Of a stretch of 64,000 nt of DNA, positions 16,266 to 25,291 are shown piece by piece. A model generated the notes under the pieces. The model saw nothing but the letters and a program-made list of their open reading frames with translations. It was not told where the DNA came from and did no database searches. Every line of letters begins with the position of its first letter. Position 1 is the stretch's first letter. Both the position numbers and the translations under genes were made by a program. The DNA comes from Actinomycetes bacterium (lineage in GTDB: Bacteria; Actinomycetota; Acidimicrobiia; Acidimicrobiales; RAAP-2). The stretch spans positions 9,342 to 73,341 of the forward strand of contig JAKAQM010000001.1 in NCBI GenBank assembly GCA_021822565.1, given 5' to 3'.

Positions 16266-17060
16266 CTACGCGCCCGGCGTTCCAGCCTCCGGCGCCGCCT
16301 GCGGCCGGAAAGGTGATCCGACCACGTGGTCGTCGAGGTCGCAGGCTTCGATGACCGTTCCCCCGAAGGTCGCGCGCGCCTCGAGCACCGCGCGTGCCCC
16401 GGTGCCTGGGTACGCGACGTGGGTGAGCACCAGTGAACCGACGCCGGCGTTCGTCGCGATCTCGCCGGCTTCCCGAGCGTCGAGATGGAGGTGGGCGGGG
16501 CGGCTTCCGATCGGCACCGCCCACGTCGACTCGCAGAGGAAGAGGTCGGCCCCTGCTGCACAGCGGGCCAGCTCGGGGGTCGGTCCCGAGTCCGCGCTGT
16601 ATGCAAGCCGAACCCCTGTGGACTCCACCCGCATGGCCACGGTCTCCACGGGGTGATCGGCGGCGAACAGCGAGACGTCGAGGGGCCCGAGAGAGAGGCG
16701 GTCGCCGGCGTGGACCGTCTCGAACTGGCACACGTCGTGCAAGGCATCGTCACCGGGAAGCAGCGCTTCCATCACCTCGAGCACGTCCGGTGGTGCGTAG
16801 ACGGGCAAGCGCTCCTCGCGCTCGCCGTGGAAGCGCAGGAGGTGGTACAAGCCGACCAGGTCCGCCATGTGGTCGACGTGGCGGTGCGTGATGACGGCTG
16901 CGGCGATCGAGTCGACGCGCACTCGCTGCATGAGATTGGCCAGGGAGCCGTTGCCGCAGTCGACCAGCAGCCGGTACCCCTGGTCTTCGACCATGTAGGA
17001 GGAGCATGCTCGTCCTGGGGCGGGGTAGGAGCCGGCGCTGCCGAGCACGGTCAGGCGCAT
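16266..17060 (-). CDS. MBL-fold metallo-hydrolase
   Basis: MRLTVLGSAGSYP..VITHRHVDHMADL (HxHxDH motif). Confidence 0.8.
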   Translation of the reverse strand: MRLTVLGSAGSYPAPGRACSSYMVEDQGYRLLVDCGNGSLANLMQRVRVDSIAAAVITHRHVDHMADLVGLYHLLRFHGEREERLPVYAPPDVLEVMEALLPGDDALHDVCQFETVHAGDRLSLGPLDVSLFAADHPVETVAMRVESTGVRLAYSADSGPTPELARCAAGADLFLCESTWAVPIGSRPAHLHLDAREAGEIATNAGVGSLVLTHVAYPGTGARAVLEARATFGGTVIEACDLDDHVVGSPFRPQAAPEAGTPGA

Positions 17061-17127
17061 GGCACGCACCGCATTGCGCGTGAGCACAGAGGAACGAGCA
17101 GGTGCCCCGGAGCAGGCGTGGAGGGCA

Positions 17128-18051
17128 TCATCGACGTGGACGGCCTTCGCTACCCGCGGATTGGAGCAGGTCGAGGACGGCGGCCCAGCCGCCTGCGTCG
17201 GGCGAGTCGATGACGTGGGTCGCAACGGCGAGTGCCTCCTCGGCGCCGTCGCGCACCACGCACGCGACATGTGCGTGCTCGAGAAGGTCGACGTCGTTCT
17301 CGCCGTTGCCGACCGCGAGCACTCGCTGCTGGTCGATGCCGTGGATCTCGCAGAAGCGCTCGACCCCTTGCCATTTGGTCGCACCGAAGGGGTCCACGGT
17401 GAGCGCGGTCCCGCCGAAGAGCGCGTTGGAGTTGATGGTGCAATGTCCGTGCGGTGCCGCGCCGCGTGCTGCGTTCTCGAGCCTCTCGCGCGGACCGTAG
17501 GCGATGAACTGCTGGACCGGTTCACGCTGCACCAAGAGGTCGAGCGGGAACCGCAGCAGGCGTTCGCCGTAGAAGGCCTCCTGGGCGGCGAGCAGTGCAG
17601 CACCGGGCTCGGCGGCGGAGTCCGCCGACGGCGAGTCGACGTGGACGATGGGGGCGAGCTCCGACTCGCTGAGCGCCCTGAGGACGCCCAGGGCATCTGG
17701 GGGAGAGAAGGTGACGCGGTGGAAGACCGAGCCGTCGACCTCCAGGCAGACCGCTCCGTCGAGGGCGACGAGCGGGAGCTCGAGGTCGTTGCGCTCGAGC
17801 AGGCGGCGGGCGCTCCTCCAGGTGCGACCGGTCGCGGCGAGCACCGGAACGGCGCGCTCGCGCAGTGCCTCCAAGGCAATGATCGTCCGGTCGTGGACGA
17901 CGGTGCTCGAGCCCCACAGCGTGCCGTCGAGGTCGGTGACCACGAGGCTGACGTCCCCGACCAGGTCGCCGGCGCGCTCAGGGCGCTCGATCTCTCGAAG
18001 CTCCCAGCCCGTGGATCCCCGGCGGTGCCGGTCCGTCGTGCCGCGGGTCAT
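17128..18051 (-). CDS. HAD-superfamily (Cof-type) phosphatase/hydrolase
   Basis: Motif I VVTDLDGTLW and motif IV GNGENDVDLL. ATG overlaps the SDR stop (ATGA 18048-18051). Confidence 0.8.
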   Translation of the reverse strand: MTRGTTDRHRRGSTGWELREIERPERAGDLVGDVSLVVTDLDGTLWGSSTVVHDRTIIALEALRERAVPVLAATGRTWRSARRLLERNDLELPLVALDGAVCLEVDGSVFHRVTFSPPDALGVLRALSESELAPIVHVDSPSADSAAEPGAALLAAQEAFYGERLLRFPLDLLVQREPVQQFIAYGPRERLENAARGAAPHGHCTINSNALFGGTALTVDPFGATKWQGVERFCEIHGIDQQRVLAVGNGENDVDLLEHAHVACVVRDGAEEALAVATHVIDSPDAGGWAAVLDLLQSAGSEGRPRR

Positions 18052-18848
18052 GCGGGTGGTGTGTAACGTCCGTCGACGGCGGTCCAGCCTCCGTCGACCG
18101 TCAGCACGCTCCCCGTGACGAAGCTCGACGCGTCCGAGGCGAGGTAGACCACTGCTCCAGCCAGCTCCCAGGGCTGCGCCCATCGCTGCAACGCGGATTT
18201 CTCTGCGTATGCAGCGTGCCACTCGGGATCTGCGGCGATCTGGCGGGTGAGCGGGGTCTCGACGACACCCGGGGCGATGGCGTTGACGCGCACCCCGTGG
18301 GGGGCGAGCTCTGCCGCCGCGGTGCGCAGGAGCTGCACGAGCCCTGCCTTGGTCGCCGCGTAGACGCCCTGGCCAGGTTCGACCGTGAACGCCCGGATCG
18401 AGGAGAACCCGACGACGCTCCCACGTCCTCGAGAGGCCATCTGCCGGCCGAATGCACGCACGAGGTTGAACGACGCGCGCAAGTTCAGCTCCACGACGCG
18501 GTCGAACTCCTCGGTCGTGTAGTCGAGCAGTCGCTTGCGGACGTTGGTCGCAGGCGTGAAGACGAGCACGTCGTACGGTTCCAGGCGGCTTGCAGCTTCT
18601 TCGACCGCATCGGCATCGAGCACGTCGAGTACGTAGACGTCGGCGTCGTGCCCCTGGGCCATCCTGGCCGTCTCCGCGGCCCGATCTCCTGCGACGTCAG
18701 CGCAGACGACCGAAGCTCCGTGGGCGGCCAGCGCGAGCGACGCTTCCCGGCCGATTCCTCCTCCGGCGCCCACCACGACCGCGCGGCGACCGTCGAGGCG
18801 GAAGAGCGCCGGGTAGGGGGGCGCCGGAGGTGGCGCGGCGCTCGTCAC
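18048..18848 (-). CDS. SDR family oxidoreductase
   Basis: VVVGAGGGIG Rossmann motif, catalytic YAATKAG, NAIAPG. GTG overlaps the ALDH stop (GTGA 18845-18848). Confidence 0.85.
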   Translation of the reverse strand: MTSAAPPPAPPYPALFRLDGRRAVVVGAGGGIGREASLALAAHGASVVCADVAGDRAAETARMAQGHDADVYVLDVLDADAVEEAASRLEPYDVLVFTPATNVRKRLLDYTTEEFDRVVELNLRASFNLVRAFGRQMASRGRGSVVGFSSIRAFTVEPGQGVYAATKAGLVQLLRTAAAELAPHGVRVNAIAPGVVETPLTRQIAADPEWHAAYAEKSALQRWAQPWELAGAVVYLASDASSFVTGSVLTVDGGWTAVDGRYTPPA

Positions 18849-20311
18849 GACACCGAACCTGGGCGGATGACGGCCATCCGCGTCACGGTCAGCTCTTCGA
18901 TGGCGAAGCGCGGGCCTTCACGCCCCGTCCCCGAGTCCTTGACCCCGCCGTAGGGCATGTTGTCGGCGCGGAACCCGGGTACCTCGTTCACCACGACCCC
19001 ACCGACCTTGCACCGTCGAAGCGCGTCGAAGGCGATGGCCAGCGACGACGTGTAGATGCTCGCATGGAGCCCGTACCGGCTGCGGTTCAGCGTCTCGAAG
19101 CCTTCTTCGACCGAAGAGACCGAGCGCAGGCAGACGACCGGGCCGAAGACCTCTTCGCGCCACACGTCGCAGCTCTCGTCCACGTTCATGAGCACGGTCG
19201 GCGCGACCGTCCCCGCGCGCCCTTCTCCCCGGCAGAGCACCTGCGCGCCGTCGTGCACCGCCCGTTCGATCCACTGCTCGACGCGCGCTGCGGCTGCAGG
19301 CTCGATCAGCGACGACACCCGCGTCGCCTCGTCGCGCGGATCGCCGACGGTGACGTCCTTCATGGCGGTGGCGAGCCGCTCGGTGAAGGGCTCGACGACC
19401 TCCTCGAGGACGAGGACCCGTTGGACGGAGATGCATGCCTGTCCCGAGGCGTAGAAGCCACCCCGGACGACGGCGTCGGCGGCCGCGTCGAGGTCGGCGT
19501 CGCCGCAGACCAGGAGCGCCGAGCTCGACCCGAGCTCGAGCAGCGTCTTGGTCGGGGCGGCATCGCGTGCGATGCGATGGCCGACGGCTGCGGAGCCAGT
19601 GAAGGAGACGGCTCCGATCCGGCGGTCGGTGGTCAGGGCGGCCCCGACGTCGGCGCCACCGGTCACGACCTGCACCGATGCGGCGGAGCTGCCGGCATCG
19701 GTGAGGGCGCGACGCAGGATGTCGGCGAGCCACAGCGTCGCGAGCGGCGTCTGGGGGGCGGGCTTGCAGACCACAGGGCAGCCTGCGGCGAGCGAGGGAG
19801 CGACCTTGTGCGCGGCGAGCAGGAGCGGGTAGTTGAACCCGGTGATCCCGATCACGACACCGATCGGCACGCGGGTCCAGAAGCCGAAGAGCCCCTCGCC
19901 CGACGGGAGGAGGTCGAGCGGGACCGTCTCGCCGTGGATCCGCGCGACCTCCTCGGCGGCGGATTGCAGCGTGACGATGGCACGCGAGACCTCGGTGCGG
20001 CAGTCGACCAGCGGCTTTCCCGTCTCGAGCACGAGAAGGTCCTCGAATGCTTGCCGTGTGCGCGTGATGCGGGCCGCTGCCTCCGAGAGCACCGCGCGCC
20101 GCACGTGGGAGGGAAGGGCGGCGGTGGCCGCCTCGACATCCACCGCGGCGTCGAGCGCACGCTTGGCGTGAGGCACGGAACCCACCGGCGCTCGGGCGAC
20201 CACGGTCCCGTCGAAGGGGAAGATCACGGGCGCCGTCGGCGCCGAGACGTCCCATCCGTCTCCGATCGGGAGGCCCGGGGGGAACGGGAGCGAGCCGGTC
20301 GATGCGCTCAT
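18845..20311 (-). CDS. aldehyde dehydrogenase family protein
   Basis: FTGSAAVG, LELGSSSA, catalytic Cys in SGQACISVQR, and EEVFGPV. ATG overlaps the upstream peptidase stop (ATGA 20308-20311). Confidence 0.85.
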   Translation of the reverse strand: MSASTGSLPFPPGLPIGDGWDVSAPTAPVIFPFDGTVVARAPVGSVPHAKRALDAAVDVEAATAALPSHVRRAVLSEAAARITRTRQAFEDLLVLETGKPLVDCRTEVSRAIVTLQSAAEEVARIHGETVPLDLLPSGEGLFGFWTRVPIGVVIGITGFNYPLLLAAHKVAPSLAAGCPVVCKPAPQTPLATLWLADILRRALTDAGSSAASVQVVTGGADVGAALTTDRRIGAVSFTGSAAVGHRIARDAAPTKTLLELGSSSALLVCGDADLDAAADAVVRGGFYASGQACISVQRVLVLEEVVEPFTERLATAMKDVTVGDPRDEATRVSSLIEPAAAARVEQWIERAVHDGAQVLCRGEGRAGTVAPTVLMNVDESCDVWREEVFGPVVCLRSVSSVEEGFETLNRSRYGLHASIYTSSLAIAFDALRRCKVGGVVVNEVPGFRADNMPYGGVKDSGTGREGPRFAIEELTVTRMAVIRPGSVS

Positions 20312-21345
20312 GGTCCCTCCGTGTCGAGGTGGACGTCGCGATAGGCGGGCCACCGGCCGGCCTCGGTCTCGACCGAGTCGGCGTGCAGCATCGCGTGCAC
20401 GATCGATCGGGTGACGCAGTCCGCAGCGACCTCGAGGAGCGCGTAGAAGGACGCGAGGTCGACGTCACCCGTGCGCGAGCCGGTCGCCATCGCGAACACG
20501 GTGTCGCCGTCATAGGGGCTGTGCGCAGGGTGGATCGCACGCGCGAGCCCGTCGTGCGCCACGCCTGCCAGCTTGGCGCACTGCGCTTTCGTGAGCCCGA
20601 CGTCGGTCGCGACGACGCCGATCGTCGTGTTGAGCGTGCGTGGCGCCGGCCCACCCGCATCGCCCGTCGCGGCAGCCGGCCGCAGCGCGGCGAACTCTCC
20701 GGCGAGACCGAAGGGTGCGCCCAGGAGCGCCCCGGTCGCGGGATCGACGGTCGTGCCGTGCGAGTTCACCACCATCAGCGCTGCGACCGTCGAGCCGTCG
20801 TCCAGCACGCTGCTCGCAGAGCCCACGCCGCCCTTCAGACGGCCTGCGCACGCTCCAGTACCTGCGCCGACGCAGCCCTGGAGAGGTGCCAGGGGTGTGG
20901 TGGCGACCGCGGCCTGATAGGCCTCTCGGCCGACCTCTGGGGTGGGATGCTTCGCGAAGTCTCCGCCGCGGCCTAGGTCGAAGATCACGGCCGCCGGGAC
21001 GATCGGGACCACCTCGTGGGGGGCGTCGCCCACCGGGAAACCGATCCGCGCGTCGCCGAGTGCGCGGACCACACCGTCGACGGCGGCAAGCCCATAAGCG
21101 CTGCCACCGGTGAGCACGATCCCATGGACACGCTCGACCGTGTTGCGCGGGTCGAGAAGATCGGTCTCCCTCGTTCCCGGGGCACCGCCGCGGACGTCGA
21201 CGCCGCACGTCGCCCCTGCCGGGGGCGGGAGCACCACGGTCACCCCGCTCAGCCATCCGTGGTCGGTGCGCTGGGCGTGGCCGACTCGCACCCCCGCCAC
21301 GTCGCGCAGGTCGTTGTGCGTTCCCGCGTGGACCGGTACCGGCAC
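20308..21345 (-). CDS. P1 (DmpA/S58) family aminopeptidase
   Basis: GVRVGH..GVTVVL..VRGGAPGTRETDLL..LTGGSAYGL and TIGVVATD are typical of DmpA/BapA-like Ntn peptidases. Confidence 0.75.
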   Translation of the reverse strand: MPVPVHAGTHNDLRDVAGVRVGHAQRTDHGWLSGVTVVLPPPAGATCGVDVRGGAPGTRETDLLDPRNTVERVHGIVLTGGSAYGLAAVDGVVRALGDARIGFPVGDAPHEVVPIVPAAVIFDLGRGGDFAKHPTPEVGREAYQAAVATTPLAPLQGCVGAGTGACAGRLKGGVGSASSVLDDGSTVAALMVVNSHGTTVDPATGALLGAPFGLAGEFAALRPAAATGDAGGPAPRTLNTTIGVVATDVGLTKAQCAKLAGVAHDGLARAIHPAHSPYDGDTVFAMATGSRTGDVDLASFYALLEVAADCVTRSIVHAMLHADSVETEAGRWPAYRDVHLDTEGP

Positions 21346-21346
21346 C

Positions 21347-22555
21347 TCAGCGCTCCGTCAGGAACTGGCGCGCGGCACGCGCGTAGGTGCGTGCGTAGCG
21401 GGTGATCTCGCCGACGGTCACGAACTCGTCGACCTGATGGGCGATCCACTTCCCCCCGGGCCCGTAGACAGCGGTGGGGATCCGCAGGTCCCGGGTGAAG
21501 ATCGTGCCGTCAGTGGTGCCTGGCACCCCTCCGATGGTCGGCCGCGATCCCGTCTCGAGCTCGTGGGCATCGACCAGGCAGCGGACGACGGGGTCGTCCT
21601 CCGGCGTGTCGACCGGGGGACGGTCGTCGATGATCTCGAGCGCGGCCTGCGTCCCTTGCTTGCGTGCGATCTCGGCGAGCACACCGGCCAGCTCCTCGAC
21701 GAGCGAACGATGGTCGACGCCCGGAATCGTGCGAACGTCGACGTAGAGGCTCCCTGACGCAGGGATGACGTTCATCTGCTGGGCCGAGCCGGCCACGAGG
21801 GCGGTCGGGGTGAGGTACACGTCGCCGAGCCTGGGGTGGGTGCCGTGCGCGCCCTGGAGACGTGCCTGGACCCGGCGAAGGTGCTCGACGCACGACGCGA
21901 GGGCCGGCAGCGGGCTGCGTCCGCGCTCTGGCATGGCGCCGTGGGCCATGGCGCCGGTCACGTCGAGACGGAGCCTGATCGCACCCTTCGAGCTCGGGCA
22001 GACCTCGTCACCCTCGGGCTCGCAGACGATCATGCCTGTGACCGCGTCGAGCGCACCGGACGTGGCGGCATGCTTGGCGCCAGCCATCGCGCCCTCCTCG
22101 TCGACGAGGGCGCAGATCTTCACGCGGCCGGGGAACGGTCCGGCGAGCTCGAGGGCACGGGCGCCGTAGATCATCGCGGCGACGCCACCCTTCATGTCCG
22201 CGGCTCCCCGGCCGTAGAGGCGATCGCCCACGAGCTCGCCGCTGAAGGGGCTGACGGACCAGGCGGCCTCGTCTCCCGCGGCCACCACGTCGAGATGGCC
22301 CTCGAAGGCGAGCGTCCTTCCTGGCGAGTGCACGGGCAGGGTGGCGATGACATTGGGACGGCCGGGCGCGACCTCGGTCACCTCGACGCTCCAGCCGAAG
22401 CTCCGCATCCGGTCCTCGACCAGGCGCGCCGCGCAGCGTTCGTCCGTTCCACGTTCGGGGTCGTAGACCGAGCGACATCGCACGAGCTCCTGAGCGAGCT
22501 CGACCACCTCCTTCTCGGGCACCACGACGTCGTGGGCAGCGCCTTGGTCGAGCAC
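21347..22555 (-). CDS. M20 family metallopeptidase (ArgE/DapE/ACY1/CPG2-like)
   Basis: GHLDVV, GRGAADMKGG, DEEG, MAHGAMPERG. GTG 22555 is preceded by GGGAGG plus a duplicated SD-like repeat. Start is moderately uncertain. Confidence 0.8.
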   Translation of the reverse strand: MLDQGAAHDVVVPEKEVVELAQELVRCRSVYDPERGTDERCAARLVEDRMRSFGWSVEVTEVAPGRPNVIATLPVHSPGRTLAFEGHLDVVAAGDEAAWSVSPFSGELVGDRLYGRGAADMKGGVAAMIYGARALELAGPFPGRVKICALVDEEGAMAGAKHAATSGALDAVTGMIVCEPEGDEVCPSSKGAIRLRLDVTGAMAHGAMPERGRSPLPALASCVEHLRRVQARLQGAHGTHPRLGDVYLTPTALVAGSAQQMNVIPASGSLYVDVRTIPGVDHRSLVEELAGVLAEIARKQGTQAALEIIDDRPPVDTPEDDPVVRCLVDAHELETGSRPTIGGVPGTTDGTIFTRDLRIPTAVYGPGGKWIAHQVDEFVTVGEITRYARTYARAARQFLTER

Positions 22556-22563
22556 GTCCTCCC

Positions 22564-22589
22564 TTTCTTCCTCCGGTTTCTTCCTCCGG
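22564..22589. repeat. perfect 13-nt tandem repeat (tttcttcctccgg x2); on the minus strand two copies of CCGGAGGAAGAAA
   Basis: Read directly. Lies just upstream of the M20 start in the M20/GntR divergent region. Confidence 0.9.
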
Positions 22590-22671
22590 TGATGGTGGTC
22601 CGGCCAGTATGCTACGCAACACTCATCGACGACGTGCCGGCGTGCCGCCTCACGCCAAGGGGGCGAAACAG

Positions 22672-23526
22672 ATGACAGGGCAGGCGCGCAGTCACTCCCG
22701 GCGCGTGGACGGCTCCGGTCCGAAGCCGGGCTCGGCAACGCTCGAGGAACATGACGAACATGACGAGGTCAGTTTCCGACCGATCCGTCCCGTGCGCTCC
22801 TACGAGCGCATCGTCGAGCAGATCGAAGAGGCCATCGTCGAGGGTCGGCTCCGAGAGGGCGACTTCCTGCCGAGCGAGCGGGAGATGATGTCGCAGTTCT
22901 CGGTCAGCCGCTCGACGGTGCGTGAGGCGATGCGGGTGCTCGAGAGCAGTGGCCTCGTCAGGTCACGGCCCGGCAATCCGAACGGCGCGGAGGTGCTCGG
23001 TCTTTCGACCGTCGCGCTGCGCAAGACGGTCGACCGCCTGGTGACGGGGCGGCGGATCCGGCTGGTGCACCTCATCCACTTCCGCATGCTCATGGAGAGC
23101 TCGGCGAACATGCTCGCGGCGCGCCTGCGCACCTCCGAGGACCTCGCGGCGATGAAGGCGGCGCTCGAGGAGATGCGAGTGGCGATGCCCCGAGGTCACG
23201 AAGCCTTCTGCGCTGCCGACGTGCGCTTCCACGGGCTCGTGGCCCAGGTGAGCGGCAACGCGCTCATCCAGATGTTCAGCGAGGTGGTGCACGACGTGGT
23301 CCTCGGCATGATCTCCCCGGCGATCGCGGGATCGCAGCAGGGTGCCTCGATGATGGAGCTGAGCCTCCTCCACCACGCCGACGCGCTCGAGGCCATCCGC
23401 GCCAAAGACGCCCCGCGCGCGGGCCGCATCGCACGAGAGAACCTCTTCGAGCACTTCGGAGCTCTGCTACCCCCAGAGGACTGCACGGCGGTGAGGCTGC
23501 TCCTCGACGCCTGTGCGCATGGCTGA
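22672..23526 (+). CDS. GntR family (FadR/FCD subfamily) transcriptional regulator
   Basis: LPSEREMMSQFSVSRSTVREAMRVLESSGLV winged HTH plus a helical FCD-like C-domain. Divergent from the peptidase operon and upstream of ABC importer 1. Confidence 0.85.
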   Translation: MTGQARSHSRRVDGSGPKPGSATLEEHDEHDEVSFRPIRPVRSYERIVEQIEEAIVEGRLREGDFLPSEREMMSQFSVSRSTVREAMRVLESSGLVRSRPGNPNGAEVLGLSTVALRKTVDRLVTGRRIRLVHLIHFRMLMESSANMLAARLRTSEDLAAMKAALEEMRVAMPRGHEAFCAADVRFHGLVAQVSGNALIQMFSEVVHDVVLGMISPAIAGSQQGASMMELSLLHHADALEAIRAKDAPRAGRIARENLFEHFGALLPPEDCTAVRLLLDACAHG

Positions 23527-23532
23527 TTGTCC

Positions 23533-23576
23533 GACCAGGTCACTGAGTTGACATCGGCGACCAGCTCTTGTAGAAG
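23533..23576 (+). promoter_or_regulatory. candidate promoter and operator upstream of ABC importer 1
   Basis: Palindrome GACCAGGTC at 23533-23541, with a second CGACCAG at 23559-23565. TTGACA at 23548-23553, a 17-nt spacer, then TAGAAG at 23571-23576. AT-richer patch. Confidence 0.3.
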
Positions 23577-23649
23577 ATTACGAACGTGTGACGTTGCTGC
23601 TGGCAACTCACGAGTGTGCGTGCAGCGAGGGGCAGCGGGGAGGGAGCTC

Positions 23650-25239
23650 ATGGCGGAAAGAGGCAGTCGGCGCCGCGAGGCCCTGGGGCTGGTGGGCCGC
23701 CTCGGCGCCCTCCTGTGCGTCGGCGCGGCGGCGAGCCTTTGGGCGGCGTCGCCGGCGTCGGCCGCGACGAAGGCTGCCAACGACTCGAGCATCGTGATCG
23801 GCTCCTCGGTCGCGCCGCCGTCGCTCGATCCCACCTCGAACGCCGCCGCGGCGATCGACGAGGTGTTCGACTACAACGTCTACCAGCACCTCGCCCAGCT
23901 CTCGCCCAACGGGAAGATCGTGCCGACGCTCGCGTCCTCGTGGACCCTGTCGAAGACAGGCACGGTGTACACCTTCACGCTGCGACACGGCGTCACGTTC
24001 TCCAACGGCGACCCGCTCACCCCCTCTGACGTCGTCTACAGCATCGACAGGGTCATCGCCCCGGGGTCTCAGTACCCGTACAAGGACCTGTGGACAGGGC
24101 TCGTGAAGTCCGCCGTCGCGTCGGGGTCCGACAAGGTCGTCGTCACCCTCGCCCACCGTGACTGGGAGTGGCTCTACACGCTGGCTGCGTACAGCAACGG
24201 CGAGGTCCTCGACCCCTCCGCAGTCGCCAGCATCGGGACGCACCCGGTCGGGACCGGCCCCTTCGCCTTCACAGGGTACGTGCCGAACTACAGCGTGACC
24301 CTGGTCCGGAACCCTCGGTACTGGGGCCCCGCGCCGAAGGTCGCGAAGGTGGAGTTCCGCTACTTCTCGACACCGAACGCCGAGATCTCGGCCCTGCGGG
24401 GCGGGCAGATCGACATCATCGACAATCTGCCGGTCCCCCAGAGCGTCTCCTCGCTGCGGTCCGCGGGCTTCACCGTCGACATCGGCCCGACGAGCGGCAA
24501 GGTCCAGCTCACCTTGAACGACGCCTACGGGCCACTGAGGAAGCAGGCCGTTCGTCAGGCCATCTCCTACGCCCTGACAAAGAAGGCGATGGACCAGGCT
24601 GCGGAGGCGGGCTACGGGCGGATCATCGGCAGTGACTCGGTGCCCGGCGACCCGTACTTCTTGGCGAAGCTGGCACACCTCTACCCGCACAGCGTCGCGA
24701 AGGCGAAGAAGCTCCTCGCCAAGGCCGGCTACCCGCACGGCTTCTCGCTCGAGCTGGTGCTGCCGCCGTACCCCTACGCCAAGGCGGACGGCCCGGTCGT
24801 CGCGGCCGAGCTGAAGCAGATCGGGATCGATGTCACACTGTCCAACATCCAGTGGCCGTTGTGGCTCAGCAAGGTGTTCGAGGCCGGTGACTTCCAGTCG
24901 ACGATCATCGACCACGCAGAGGCACGAGACATCTCCAACTACACGAACCCGAAGTACTACTGGCACTATGCCGACACCAGAGAGGTCACAGCGCTGCTCA
25001 CCGAGGGGAACGAGGCGCCCACCCAGGCGCAGTGGGTGGCCGACTACGAGAAAGCGGAGACGCTGATCGCCCACCAGGCGGTGAACGTATGGTTCTTCAA
25101 CCTGCCAGAGATCACCGTGGCCAAGCGGGACATCGTCGGTCTTCCCCATGGGTCTCTCTCCGAGTCGTTCCAGCTCTCAGCCCTCCAGATCGGAGGCAAG
25201 CTGGGGGCGCAAGAGCGCCGTCTCGGCTTCACCTCCTGA
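23650..25239 (+). CDS. ABC transporter substrate-binding protein, family 5 (peptide/nickel/opine type)
   Basis: Signal-like N-terminus ending ASPASAA. Family-5 motifs LDPTSN..VYQHLAQL..LASSW..YTFTLRHGVTFSNGDPLT. GGGGAGGGAG upstream of ATG 23650. Confidence 0.85.
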   Translation: MAERGSRRREALGLVGRLGALLCVGAAASLWAASPASAATKAANDSSIVIGSSVAPPSLDPTSNAAAAIDEVFDYNVYQHLAQLSPNGKIVPTLASSWTLSKTGTVYTFTLRHGVTFSNGDPLTPSDVVYSIDRVIAPGSQYPYKDLWTGLVKSAVASGSDKVVVTLAHRDWEWLYTLAAYSNGEVLDPSAVASIGTHPVGTGPFAFTGYVPNYSVTLVRNPRYWGPAPKVAKVEFRYFSTPNAEISALRGGQIDIIDNLPVPQSVSSLRSAGFTVDIGPTSGKVQLTLNDAYGPLRKQAVRQAISYALTKKAMDQAAEAGYGRIIGSDSVPGDPYFLAKLAHLYPHSVAKAKKLLAKAGYPHGFSLELVLPPYPYAKADGPVVAAELKQIGIDVTLSNIQWPLWLSKVFEAGDFQSTIIDHAEARDISNYTNPKYYWHYADTREVTALLTEGNEAPTQAQWVADYEKAETLIAHQAVNVWFFNLPEITVAKRDIVGLPHGSLSESFQLSALQIGGKLGAQERRLGFTS

Positions 25240-25291
25240 CGCCCCAGGGGACCCTGACGCCCCGAGGAAGGCTCCACGGAAGGAGGAGGCG

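Noticed and set aside
15085-16656. 523-aa plus-strand ORF and 342-aa ORF 15326..16354
   Set aside because: They mirror the acidic DksA-like gene. The Leu/Glu/Arg-rich sequence arises from reading GAG/CTC-rich DNA backwards. No motifs.
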